Positions 41,825 to 59,400 are shown, counted from the first letter of the stretch. The stretch is DNA of 64,000 nt from the human T2T-CHM13v2.0 reference genome, Homo sapiens (GCF_009914755.1 NC_060927.1), one strand, 5' to 3'. Numbers and translations: made by a program. Notes: generated by a model not told the origin, from the sequence alone.

Positions 41825-42735
41825 AGACACGCCAGAAATTTAGGGAGGCAGTTGGTATGGGGAAACAGAATGGGTTTGCTTGTTAGACCTACGTTTGACT
41901 CGGCTTCCTATTGATCTTGTCCAAATGACTTAACTTCTCTGAAACTCAGTTTCTTTTAATGATAAAATACAAGCTGATACTATCTAACTCAAGAATTAAA
42001 TGAAATATCCACATTGACAGGTTCTAGACTATTTTGGATGGCTCACGCAGGAGACATGGGGCAGGAAGAAAAAGGTTTCCTTAATAAGTATTTTTGAAGT
42101 CACATGTAAGATAACTATAAAGGAAGAAAATGATCTAAAATGGCAAGGAAAATTGAGAACTTTTCTGTGAATCACATAACTGAGATCCAGTCAAAGAGAA
42201 CAGGTGAGCATCTTTCTTAAAATGGAATGTTTTTTACTTCACCTAAATCTTAATTTACTTCCTTTTTTAACTCAGATGTGAACATCTACCAGCCTACAAC
42301 AATCACTTGAATATTTTAAGGAAAATATCCAGTGTAAGTAAGCATGACTATCAACCTTAACATAAAAAGCATCTAAAGTGGGTATTAGGCTTAAAATTAC
42401 TGCAAACGTTTATATCTTCTTTCAGAAAATTTCCAAGAGAAATTAAAGAAATTTAAAGATGGTCACATCAGTACTTTCTTTTTGTTAAAACAGGAAATTG
42501 TTTTTAAAACTCAGATCTTAAGACAACTCTACTCCTGTGGAAAATTACTTATTAGCAAAAATGCTTGTTACTGAAGTCGGAAACATCTGAAATTGCTGTT
42601 CAACTGTATATATATATATACATATATATATATACACATATATATATCTATGAAAAAACGATTTCATTTTGAGTGTTCAATATGTGCCAGAAATACCATA
42701 AACTGGGGTATGGCAGGTCCCTGGCTCTCAGGTAA

Positions 42736-43020
<285 letters not shown>

Positions 43021-44755
43021 TAAACTCACTAACATAACTATTCGGTTTCTCCTTCATATTTAAGTGCCTTACAGACTGAAATAATTAAAAATATTTTTTC
43101 AGTTCATTACTCTGATAGAACAGTAAATCTGATAGACAACAAATTTCCTTAGCTTTGGTCTAGATCATCCATTATAGGATCCATAAATCACATTCAAATG
43201 AGCAATAAGGGTACCAGGAAAAGGAATGAAAAAAGGCTACATCTTTGAGTGTTTTTATGTAATGTACCTAAAGAGAGGATGCATCCCATTCCTTCAAAAG
43301 TGTACTTTTTGTAAATCAGTCATATACATAGTATAGAGTGAAGAGGGTAAAGTTTAAAAAATAATTGGGAGAGAAGTACTGGCAGCAAAATACCCATAAT
43401 ATAGTTACCTTCTAATTAGAAAATTATCACCTGGCTCTCAACTATCAGACACTCTTGTGCAGGAACGTCACTGCCCTGATATCTACCCATCTGCTTTTTA
43501 AATGTACTATATATATGAAAATACAAGCACTGGAGGACATTGAAAGAGCAACAAAAATGATTCTTTTTATTGTGTAAGAGAAATGTGGAGGCCTTCAAAC
43601 ACACACACACACACACACACACCATGGAGCAGGGGGGAAGGGAGCAAGTTAAATATATTTTAATACTCCTAAAAATCCCGTTAGGCTTAGAAGTCCCAAG
43701 AAAAACTATGCATATGTGACACAGGGATGGAAGCAAGCACTTTGCTCATTTCTGCATCAGTGCACACACTCTACACTGGGGTCACCTGTGAGGGAACTAA
43801 AGGTTTTCCCTTAAGATCACAATACATTTCAGGATCTAACAATTCTGATTAACAGCCAAGGCAGTGAAGAATGCCTACAGACTTACTATTTGTTTAAGCT
43901 TCTGTATTCAGGGAATGAACTGTGACACAACTGAGCCACCAACTGCTACATTTTTTAAATGGAGCTTTTAAAGAACACAATGGGTTTTGAAATAAAGCTC
44001 AACTCTTACCACACCTCTTTCCATATTAGTTTCTGCACTAAATGACTGGGTCAAGGAGGGCTGGCTACAGGCAGAGTGGATTTCATAAATCACCATCCCC
44101 TCTTAAATGCGTGCTTCACCTTTTTACTATTTTAAGTATGATTTTCTCAGGTTAAAAAAACTTTTCCCCAAAAGCTGCACACATGGAACCTGCTTTTCAT
44201 CAGAACTCTGTAAAAACTGCTTTGTGAGCCTCTCTGTAACTGCTTTTCATATACTTCATTAAGTATTCAAGTTTCTCAACACAACCACTCATTTTAACAT
44301 TTTAATGCCAGTCTTGCTCATTGAACTATTTTGTGGTAGTTTTTCTCAGTTTAATAGTGAAATGTATGAAAGCACTGATTCCACAGAGAAGAAGGCTTTC
44401 TCCTCTTGGTCCACAAGCTGACAGATTAATTGCTTATTAAATATACACTTTCAACCCACAATTATCTCTTTCACACACACCCTTCTGGAAATTCTATCTC
44501 AGGAGCAAACTACAACTTTGCCCAAATTCAGATGACAGCTGCAGTTTTAGGGGAACACAATCTGGGGCTGCCAGTGCAGTCAGCCTTCAAGCTTTGTGCC
44601 TGTCAGATAAAAGAACAAAAGGCAGTGCTTCCTCCCTCAGCCCCTCCTTAGCGCTGGAGGACGGCAGGCTTGACAGAACAGTTCCAGAGAAAAAGGAACC
44701 ATGCTGAAGCAAGTGAGAGTTTCCCCTCCACAAACATAGAAAACTACCAACCCAC

Positions 44756-44794
44756 CTTGGATAGCTGCCTCCTGAGGCTAAAGCGCTGAACCAT
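44756..44794 (-). CDS. TMCC1: Coding part of an alternative first exon (MVQRFSLRRQLSK), probably the short-isoform N-terminus of TMCC1 (ER transmembrane and coiled-coil protein)
   Basis: Seen: the minus strand reads gtgatcATG GTT CAG CGC TTT AGC CTC AGG AGG CAG CTA TCC AAG|GTGGGT. Strong Kozak (A-3, G+4), in-frame TAA 45 nt upstream (44840-44842), phase-0 donor, non-repetitive context. Gene name rests on recalling a TMCC1 isoform starting MVQRFSLRRQLSK-IERLEVSS; not verified by search. Confidence 0.7.
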
Positions 44795-45600
44795 GATCAC
44801 CCAGAGGATCTTCAGACAAAGCAATCCACGAAGGGTTTTTTAAATAACAGCTTCTTGGGAAAGTCGGTGGCAGAACATTTTGAAGACTGCCAGAGAAGTG
44901 CAAAGAATTTCCCTGGGAGTCTTAGCAAACTTGGAAAGCCTTCATTGTTCTATCAAGAGATACTGGAAAACCTACGTGGGAGAGGGCAGGGTGGGTGGGG
45001 CAGTAATCCTGAAGCCGCTGTGCCCAGTGCCAAGCTCTTCTAGCACTTCCTGTGAGTCAGCTGTGAGGGGTCCAAACACAAGGACCACCCCTTCCCTTTC
45101 CACCAGACCAGTAGGCGAGGATGCCGCTGTGGTGCTACCTGAAACTCCAGAGGACAGACCTGATGTTCCGGTCTCTGTGGGAGGAGGAGTGGTGTGCTGG
45201 GGTCAGACAGCATCTGCTCCAAGTAGGAGACAGGCAACTGCACCAATTCCTCCCCTCTTCAGCCGTCCCAGCAGCAGAGAGTGTCCACTGCAGACAGCAA
45301 CGCACCCTTCTCTACCTCCACCTTAGGTAATCCTTTAAGGTGAGGCAGTGTGAAAAAAAAGGAGGTGGTGAAAAGCAAGCCCCTGGCTGTACCAGCTCCC
45401 TGCTCAAGAAGGAAACTCCTCCCAGCTGGGCTCGGCAGCTGTGCGGCTTTGTCTAGCATAATTGGCCAAGCCTTTCCTCTTATTCACAGGGAGGGGTCCT
45501 GCCTCAGGAAGGAATGTCAGGTGCAGAGAGGCATACTCCGACGGTGACTTCAACTTGTGCCAAAGTTAAACACATTAAAGTGGCCTCCTGAGGTAATTGC
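44795..45600 (-). promoter_or_regulatory. 5'UTR and internal (non-CpG-island) promoter of the alternative first exon; TSS not resolved
   Basis: Locally GC-richer unique sequence with retained CpGs. Motifs: ETS CACTTCCTG 45044-45052, AP-1 TGAGTCA 45053-45059, CAGCTG E-boxes (45058, 45423, 45436), CCAAT on minus (45461-45465), GGAATG 45511-45516, G-tract cluster 44978-45000. Confidence 0.6.
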
Positions 45601-46061
45601 CCTCTCTTGTTGGAATGAAGTAATTTTTTAAAATCTACACACAAAACAAAAGGAACAGCTCAGAGTGAATCAATGCAGGTAAAGAGGTATGAAAAATAAC
45701 TGTAAGAGCAGTTCCAAAGATAAAAATATTCCTATCTTTGCCACTCTTCCTCTGTTTGGGTCTGCTTCCAGACAACCACTGTGAGGATAACGTTTCATTT
45801 AATGAAACTTTCCAGTCTATGTGCTCCTCTTGGAATTGTTCATTACTTCTGAATGAATTTAGTACTGTTTAGGGCAGAACTCATTCGTATATTTTTTTTC
45901 CCCTGTTCCAGTGTCTCTCAATTTCCTGTGAGCAAAGTTATGTCATATGCTACATTTAAAGCCTTTGTTGGAATGAACCTACTATGTGCAGTCACTATGT
46001 TAGGCAGTTCACATTTATTATCCTATTGATTTATCAAAACAACCTTATAAAATTTGTATTA

Positions 46062-46916
46062 CAATAGTCCTCCCTTACCTACAGTTTGTTCCCACAGTCA
46101 ACTGCAATCCAAAAATATTTAAATGGAAAATTCCAGAAACAAACCATTCAGAAGTTGTAAACTGCATGCCGTTCTGAGTAGCATGATAAAACCTCATGCC
46201 ATCCTACCTGGGATGTGAATCATCCCTTTGTCCAGCATATCCAGCCCTGGCTCCCACCCGCTAGTCACTGAGTAAGCGATTTGGTCATCAGATCGACTGT
46301 TGCAGTATGGTAATGTTGTATTCAAATAACCCTTATTTTACTTAATAATGGTCACAAAGCACAAGAGGAGTGGTGCTGGCCTACTGTTATAACTGTTCTA
46401 TTTTATTGTTACTGTTAACATCTTACTATGCCTAATTTCTGAATTAAACTTTATCACAGATATGTGTATAGGAAAAAACACAGTACAGTCGTAACCCACA
46501 TGACATTTCAGTTAACAACTAGCCACATATATGACAGTGGTCCCATAAGATTATAATACTGTATTTTTATTGTACCTTTTCTATGTTTAGCTATGTTTAG
46601 ATACACTAATACATACCACTGTATTAAAACTGCCTACAGTATTTAGTACAGTAACATGCTATATAGGTTTGTAGCCTAGGAGCAACAGGCTATACCATAT
46701 AGCCGAGGTGTGTAGTAGGTTATGCTATCTAGGTTTATGTAAGGACACTCTACGATGTTCTCACAATGATGAAATCACCTAACAATGCATTTCTCAGAAG
46801 TTATCCCAGTGTTAAATGACACGTGACTGTATATATAGGGTTCAGTACTATCTTCAGTTTCAGGCATCCATTGGGGGTCATGGAACATATCTCCTGTGGA
46901 TAAGGGAAGACTACTG
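46062..46916 (+). mobile_element. MER44 (Tigger7-derived) DNA transposon fossil
   Basis: TA|CAATAGTCCTCCCTTA ... TAAGGGAAGACTACTG|TA; internal sequence matches recalled MER44B. Confidence 0.85.
46486..46829. mobile_element. Tigger3a/MER7-like element nested in MER44
   Basis: TA|CAGTC...GACTG|TA; GGTTTGTAGCCTAGGAGCAACAGGCTATACCATATAGCC is typical of Tigger3. Confidence 0.85.
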
Positions 46917-46970
46917 TAGTATCCCAACTCTTCAAATAAGTAGTAATTTCTCGCTCTAAAACCTCAATAT

Positions 46971-48195
46971 GGCCAGGTTCAGTGGCTCATACCTGTAATC
47001 CCAATGCTTTGGGAGGCTAAGACAGGAGGATCACTTGACACCAGGAGTTCAAGACCAGCCTAGGCAACAAAGCTAGACCCTGTCTCTACAAAAAATAAGA
47101 ATAAGAAAATTAGCTAGGTTTGGTAGCATGTGCTACCTAACTACTACTCAGGAGTCCTAACTACTTGGGAGACTGAGGTGGCAGGATTGCCTGAGTTCAG
47201 GAATTTGACGCTGCAGTGAGGCATGATGCTCCAGTCTGCGCAACAGAGTGAGACCTTATCTCTAAAAATAAAAACTAAATAAAACATCAATATTATTGTG
47301 AGAAAATCATGTAGTGTTTGTAACTTTTTTCTTCAGGTAAGAAACACAAAAAAATGAATTTGAAAAGACAGGTTTCTATGCAATGATTATTCTCAACTAT
47401 GCTCGTATCATATACTACCAGTATCCAATTATCACCAAATAGGATCTAAAATTTTACCTAAAAAATAACACACATAGGCCAGGCGCGGTGGCTCACGCCT
47501 GTAATCCCAGCACTTTGGGAGGCTGAGGCAGGTGGATCACGAGGTCAGGAGATCGAGACCATCCTGGCTAACACGGTGTAAACCCCATCTCTACTAAAAA
47601 TACAAAAAATTAGCTGGGTGTGCTGGCAGGCACCTGTAGTCCCAGCTACTCAGGAGGCTGAGGCAGGAGAATGGCATGAATCCGGGAAGCGGAGCTTGCA
47701 GTGAGCCGAGATCACGCCACTGCACTCCAGCCTGGGCGACAGAGCGACACTCCATCTCAAACAAAAAAAAAAAACACGTATTTCATAATATCTCGGGAAG
47801 AGCAGAGAAGATGCATCAAATTCAAACAAATAATAGGCTGCCAAGTCTCCAAAAAAAAATTACCTAACCAAAATGTATATATAAAACGTTTAGGCTGGGC
47901 ATGTGTGCTTATGCCTGTGATCCCTGCACTTTGGGAGGCCAAGGCAGGCAGATTGCTTGAGCTCAGAAATTCGAGAGTAGCCTGGGCAACACGGTGAAAC
48001 ACCATCTCTACAAAAAACACACAAAAAATTAGCTGGGCATGGTGGCATGAGTAGGTGGTCCCAGCTACTCAGGAGGCTGGAGTGGGAGGATCACTCGAGT
48101 ATGGGAGGTGGGAGCTGCAGTGAGCCAAGATCATGCCACTGCACTCCAGCCTGGGCGACAGAGAGACCCTGTCTCAAAACAAAACAAACAAACAA
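46971..48195 (+). mobile_element. Three plus-strand Alus (AluJ ~46971-47280; AluY ~47477-47774; AluJ ~47893-48195)
   Basis: Dimers with A-rich tails. Confidence 0.92.
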
Positions 48196-48375
48196 ATCTT
48201 TTACTCTTAAAAACTTTAAGCAGAAAGAAGGTTGAACATATCTAAGTGTATTTTTTGTAAACTTCCAAAGCTAAAAAGCTTTTAGATGAACACCTATAAC
48301 CAAAAGTAAAGACTCCTTCATACCAAGGTTCAGAGAACACAATATAACCTAACATTTAAGCTGTTTAAAATTTAA

Positions 48376-48728
<353 letters not shown>

Positions 48729-49962
48729 GCCTTTCTGGTTTTTGAGTGGTAAGAGTACCAGTACCTCCATTTTTCTCGCAGAGATAGTGAAGCAGTATTC
48801 TGAAATTATCTCCTAGGAATGTAAGAAGGATTCATGAAATACTGATGCGGAAATAATGAAGTGCCTTACAGAAAGACACACTGTCTTAAACACACAGTGT
48901 TTCTGATTGATATAAGCAACTAGAATCCTAAATCATTGCTAAAAGATTCTTCCTATCCAAAAAAAAAAAAAAAAAAAAAAGGAAAGGAGACAGGGGTGTG
49001 AAACAAGTGGTAAGTGAAACTTAATTTCCCTCACTAACAAGGCAACCTGCTTTCAGCCTAAAGAAGTGCTCAGAATGTTTTCTACTAATGAAATGGAAAC
49101 ATAAATAGTAACAAAATTCAGTAATTTCTCCATTCTAAATTGCACAGACTTGTTAACTATTTTCCTACAAACTGCCCAAATGGGAATAGCTCATTAACAA
49201 ATAACAAAGTAATAGTCTCTTTCAGAAATTATTATTCTTTTAGTTACTGTCTACATTTAAAGCAAGGAGTGAAGAAATCTATTTTCAAAATGTTTAGTCA
49301 ACAATGCTGCCAGTTTTAGGGTTTTCTGTGGCATTTTAGGCCCCTTAAATGAGATTCTTTTGGCAATCCCACAATAAATAACAATACAGATAGCATATTT
49401 TATTATATAAGAACAGATTAAGTAATTTATGTAGTTATTTACAAAAGCCCATGCAACTGCCAATATAAATAACCATGAAAGTAGAGGAATTTGTTAAGTA
49501 GTAAGAAGTTAAAAGATGTTGGTGATCAAAAATTTGAGTACCATATACAATACCTTAACTTGTGAGGGTTGATTTAAAGGGCAGCTGACCTTGCCAAATA
49601 AGGTCTTTATTTGGATGACTTGGACACGGCTCTTTGAAACATGCTAAATTAAGCCTGATTCCTTCTATATTAGCAATGTTTTGGGCTCCACATTTCTTTC
49701 TCCTAAAAAAACTTGTATCATGCGTTACCTGCAGTAAATGCATGAAAGGAAGAAAGGACGGTAAGAAGGGAGGAGCAGAAAGTAGTTTCAAGAGGCTATT
49801 TGGCCCAGTTCCTTGTATCCAACTAACTCAAGGTTGTTGCCTATTCTGTAATGGTATTTTTCAGAGATGGCATTTCCATATGCTCCTCTATCCTCTCTTA
49901 GCAAGGTTATGATCGAGATGTTAATTTTCCTAACATGTCCTTACTTTAAAAACATTTTCTGG

Positions 49963-50985
<1,023 letters not shown>

Positions 50986-51324
50986 TATCTTCCTAGGAAG
51001 TTACTTAGAACTTTAATTTTTAATCTTTAGACAAAGCTATTTTTAAAATCTCTTTAAGTTCCTTCTGTCGCTTTTCTCATTTTCTATATATCCATCCGAG
51101 TATTCATATAACACTGCTCTCCTTGACAATTTAACATTATTCTCCAAGTAGTCATATTTTGCTATTTAACCTTTCAGCATGGCTCTCTAAATATACAACC
51201 ATTCATTCCATTACTATTTATTATGTGCCTACTAAACATCAGACATGATTATTTTTCACTATGTTGCAAAGAACACGTAGCAAATTATATAAATGAAATA
51301 GTTACAAGGTATTTCATGTGCTGA

Positions 51325-52165
<841 letters not shown>

Positions 52166-52882
52166 ATGCCTGTTTTTGCATTTGTGAGTTGTTCTCTAGG
52201 GTAGATGCTAACATATGATCCTACACTCAAGATTCGGCCTAAATTCATTTTCTATAGAAGTAAGATCAGTCCACTTCATGTCATTTCTACTTTTTAACTC
52301 ACAACAGTTTCTGGACAATTGATCATGTACAGTGACAGTTCTTGTACATTTATATGTTCTATATGGCTCCTGTACCAAATAGTGTTATTTAGTGTTTCCG
52401 GCATCAGAGCTTTCAAGTTAAAAATTAGCACTTTGAAGGATTGCATCTTATACTTTATGTATCTCAACTGTACACTACCTTACATAGAGCAGACATTTAA
52501 TAAATATTTGTGAATGCCAGGAAAACCTTAAGACACTATATAGTCTTGTCTTGGGATTAATATGTAACTATTCTATTACCTTATTTCTACACTCCAACAT
52601 AAGATTGCATAAACTGTAAAGTTGGGTTATCAATGCTTTGAATTTTTCTGTTTGTAGACATGGGCCTCACAAAGGACAAAACCAAATGTCTTACTCAAGT
52701 CCAAAATATTACACCTATGATTCCCTTTTATTTACACATTGTACAAAAAGAAATAAATTACCTGGCAACATTTATACTTCAAAAAGTGATACTTGAGAGT
52801 ATACTATCATCAAGATGGTGAACTAGGAAACATAGGCCTTCTTTCCCCCAGAGATATTGAGTTTAAAACAATATGTAAACTA

Positions 52883-53050
<168 letters not shown>

Positions 53051-53289
53051 TATAGAGACTAGCTGTGAAGCAATAGCACCTAGGCCATTGTAACCAAGAC
53101 AGTATTCCTGTGAAAGGAGGAGGAAAACTTGTGGCATGTCGCACACCTGTTTGTGCCCCTCTCTCCCTACATGGCATAGCATAGAGCAACCATGAGGAAT
53201 CTCTAATGAGATTCAGGACACACTATTCCAATTTATGCCACCTTGGCATTTGAGAAAACTGTACAAAGAGGAAAGTCTCTCTAATCTTC

Positions 53290-53590
53290 TGTTTTAGTCC
53301 ATTTTGTGTTGCTATAACAGAATACCAAAGACTGGGTAATTTAAAAAGAAATTTATTTACAGTTCTGGAGGTTGGGAAATCCAAGGTTGATGGGCTCACC
53401 ACTGATGAGGGACTTCTTGCTCCAACATCCCATGGCAAAAGACATAAGGGCAAGAGAGCATGCACAAGAGTGAGAGAAAGGAGCCAAATTCTTTTATCAG
53501 GAACCCACTCCCATGGTAATGTCATTAATTCATTCACGAGGGCAGAGCCCTCATGACATAATCATTTTAAAGGTCCTACCTCTCAACACA
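53290..53590 (-). mobile_element. MaLR LTR fragment (MSTD/MLT1A-like)
   Basis: TGTTTTAGTCCATTTTGTGTTGCTATAACAGAATACC...GAGGGCAGAGCCCTCATGAC. Confidence 0.8.
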
Positions 53591-53957
53591 CAAAATGAAA
53601 TATTATTCACCCTTAAAAAGAAAGGAAATTCTATTACATGCAACAACATGAATGAACCTTGAGGACATTATGCTAAATGAAATAAGCCAATCACAAAAAG
53701 ACAAATACCTTATGATTCCACTTATATGAGATATCTAGTGAAACTCCAAGAAATGAAAGCAGAACAGAGAGTGAGGGGAGGGTAGAAGGAAAGGAAGAGT
53801 TACTATTTAATGGGTTTAGAGTTTCAGGCTTGAAAGATGAAAAAATTTTGGAAATCTGTTTCACAATAATATGAATACACTTAACACTACAGCACTGTAT
53901 ACTTCAATATGGTTCAGATGGTACATTTGTTATGTGTTTTTACCACAATAAAAAAAG
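53590..53957 (+). mobile_element. L1MB/MA 3' end
   Basis: GAACCTTGAGGACATTATGCTAAATGAAATAAGCCAATCACAAAAAGACAAATAC...ACCACAATAAAAAA. Confidence 0.88.
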
Positions 53958-55580
53958 CGATACTAATTGCATTTCTATTTTCATGTATGCCCTTTGATTC
54001 AGCACTTTTAATTTTGTTTCCTTAAACCTCACTTTCCTTTTCTTGCCTTTAGGCATGGAATTCAACAGATGACTTTATCCAGAAAAGTTTTGACACCTCA
54101 ATACAAGGCTTTAAAGACCCAGAGCACACACAAACACAAAAGGCTTACTGCCAAGAATCCTTATAAATGAACAAATATCTACTCTTTTGATTTCTTTTTA
54201 ATACCTTATTACTCATAATCACACAATGTGTGATTATACATTGTGTGTAATTAAAAAAAATAATTATTTTAAAATATAATCAATTTCTTAGTCCTCGTCT
54301 AAATTCCATCTCTCATACTTAGCATCTTAAAAAGGACAATAATTACATTAAAATAATTAGAACACTAAATGAAATAATTATATGTCTAAGGTTTTGTTCT
54401 CAGGTGGTATTCCTTGCAATCGTTTGCAATGCCCAGAGCACGTTGAACATGAACATTACCTTAGTCAGAGAAACAAACAACTCTTCTCTTATAGACTACA
54501 AAAACATCTGTAGCAGTGAAAAATGAGAACACTGGTAAAAATAAAAGCCCCAAAGACCACATGAATGGTTAGCAAACCAAGCAATAAGGGAAAGTTGTTT
54601 AGAATTGTTAAGTCTTCCTATTAAGAGACCACTTTAGCCTTATAAAATGTCATTCTTTATCTTTGGTAATACTTCTTGCCTTAAAGTCTAACTCGCCTGA
54701 TGGAAAATATAATGCCATGCAAATACTAACCAAAAGAAAGATGATATAACATAGCTACATTTTTTTGTGCTATTCTTTGAGTGGTTACCCTGCAAATTAT
54801 ATCATATGTTCTTAACTTACAGTCTACCTTAGCCAAATCCAAATAATACAAGGCCTTTTACCTCCATTAGGCCTCCCCTGACCCCTTTGGCTATTGTTGT
54901 TGCATATTTTATTTTTACAATGTTTTAAACCCCAGGACAGTTTTATTATCATTTTGAAGTTCAACTACTAACCTAAGGAAACACATAGGAAAATTATACA
55001 CAGAGTAAACTAAATTAAGTAATACTATTTTGGCTAAATTGAAATTTGCTGAAATCCTATACAGGTCCATAGCTTGTCAGCCAGGTATTTGGAGAGTATG
55101 TGGTAGTATTCAGATTTGTGGGCACGGTATATCTAATTGTCACATCAATGAATTTACAGCCTTCAGCCTCAGTAGCATAGAGCTTATAGCACACCACAGG
55201 AACCCTAATGCAGCTCTAGGACCTACTAGTTGTACTCAATGGGGACCTCAACTCTCCCCCTTACTTGATATGAAAAATCCCCATTTTACCTCATCCTTTT
55301 CTCCTACCAGAATGTTTCCAAGAATGCTACGGAATGAATTCCTATATTGGACAGAAGAATCTTTTAACTAAGCTGTTATGGTACTTCATTATGGTGCATC
55401 ATATAAAATCACCACTTTTGTGAGCCAAAAACTGCTCCAGTATTGGCAATTTCACATGGTTCAAAGTAATATTTAAATATAAGACATGCTAAAAACCAGG
55501 CTGGAGTTATATACCTTAAGCCAGGTTTCCTTCACCATATTAAAATTAAGAAGACTAAGCCTTAATATCGAAAGTCACCT

Positions 55581-55890
55581 TTTTATTTATTTATTTATTT
55601 ATTTATTTTGGAGACAGGGTGTTGCTCTGTCACCCAGGTTGGAGTACAGTGATACAATCTCAGTTCTCTGCAGCCTCAACCTCCTGGGCTCAGGAAATCC
55701 TCCCACTTCAGCCTCCCAAGTAGCTGAGATTGTGGGCACAGGCCACCACGCCTGGCTATTGTTTTGTATTTTTGTAGAGATAGGGTTTTGCCTTGTTGCC
55801 CAGGCTGTTCTCGAACTCCTGGGCTCAAATAATCTGCCTACCTTGGCCTCCTAAAGTGCCGGGATTACAGGTGTGAGCCATTGCACCTGG
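55581..55890 (-). mobile_element. AluJ with (TTTA)n tail
   Basis: Reverse dimer. Confidence 0.92.
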
Positions 55891-55916
55891 TCACATTTAA
55901 AAGATTATTCTGTCTA

Positions 55917-56502
55917 TGACACTGTAGGCCAATGAAAAGGAAAGATTTTAATCCAGGATTACTCATTTTGTCTAGCACATACACAGTCTGTTGAAATATA
56001 GGGAACTACTGTTTTGAAGTAGAGAAGACAAAGACTAGAATCCGTTTGTTTCTAATCATAACAATTAAAAGAACATTTCTGGCTGGACTGGGTGGCCCAC
56101 TCCTGTAATCCCAATACTTTGGGAGGCTGAGGCAGGAGGATTGCTTGAGGTTAGGAGTTTGAGACCAGACTGGGCCACATAGCGAGACTCCATCTCTACA
56201 AAAAAACAATAAAAATAATAGCTGGGTGTGGTGGCACCCTGTAGTCCCAGCCATTTGGGAGGCTGAGGTGAGAACTGCTTGAGCCCAGGAGTTTAAGACT
56301 GTAGTGAGCTATGATCTCACCACTGCACTCCAGCCTGGGCCACAGAGTAAGACCCTGTCTCTTCAAAAAAAAACAAAAAAACAAAAAACAATTATATAGC
56401 AAAATCACTTTGGTAGCTACTTTCTGTCTCAAATTCTGTTTACTCAATAACAAAACGTAAGTAATGTAAGTGTCATTTTCTTTTAATTGGCCTACAGTGT
56501 CA
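55917..56502. mobile_element. Old non-autonomous TIR DNA element (family not recognised), interrupted by an AluJ (+, ~56080-56390)
   Basis: 27-bp terminal inverted repeats, 25/27 identical (55917-55943 vs 56476-56502). Confidence 0.65.
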
Positions 56503-56639
56503 CAGAAGTGAGATTCCTAGTGATTTATTTAGGGACAAAGAAGAGTTTAGTGGGCAAGCCTGTATCGAAGCCCCTTGAAGTTCTATTCTAATACAAGTTT
56601 GGGAAGCATGGATTAAACGCGGAGGGTTGAACAGACTTA

Positions 56640-59400
<2,761 letters not shown>

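Noticed and set aside
44880-45326. 148-aa plus-strand ORF over the promoter island, plus smaller overlapping ORFs to 45547
   Set aside because: Non-ATG start, Pro/Ser-rich composition expected from GC-richer DNA, no recognisable domain, and antisense to the supported exon.
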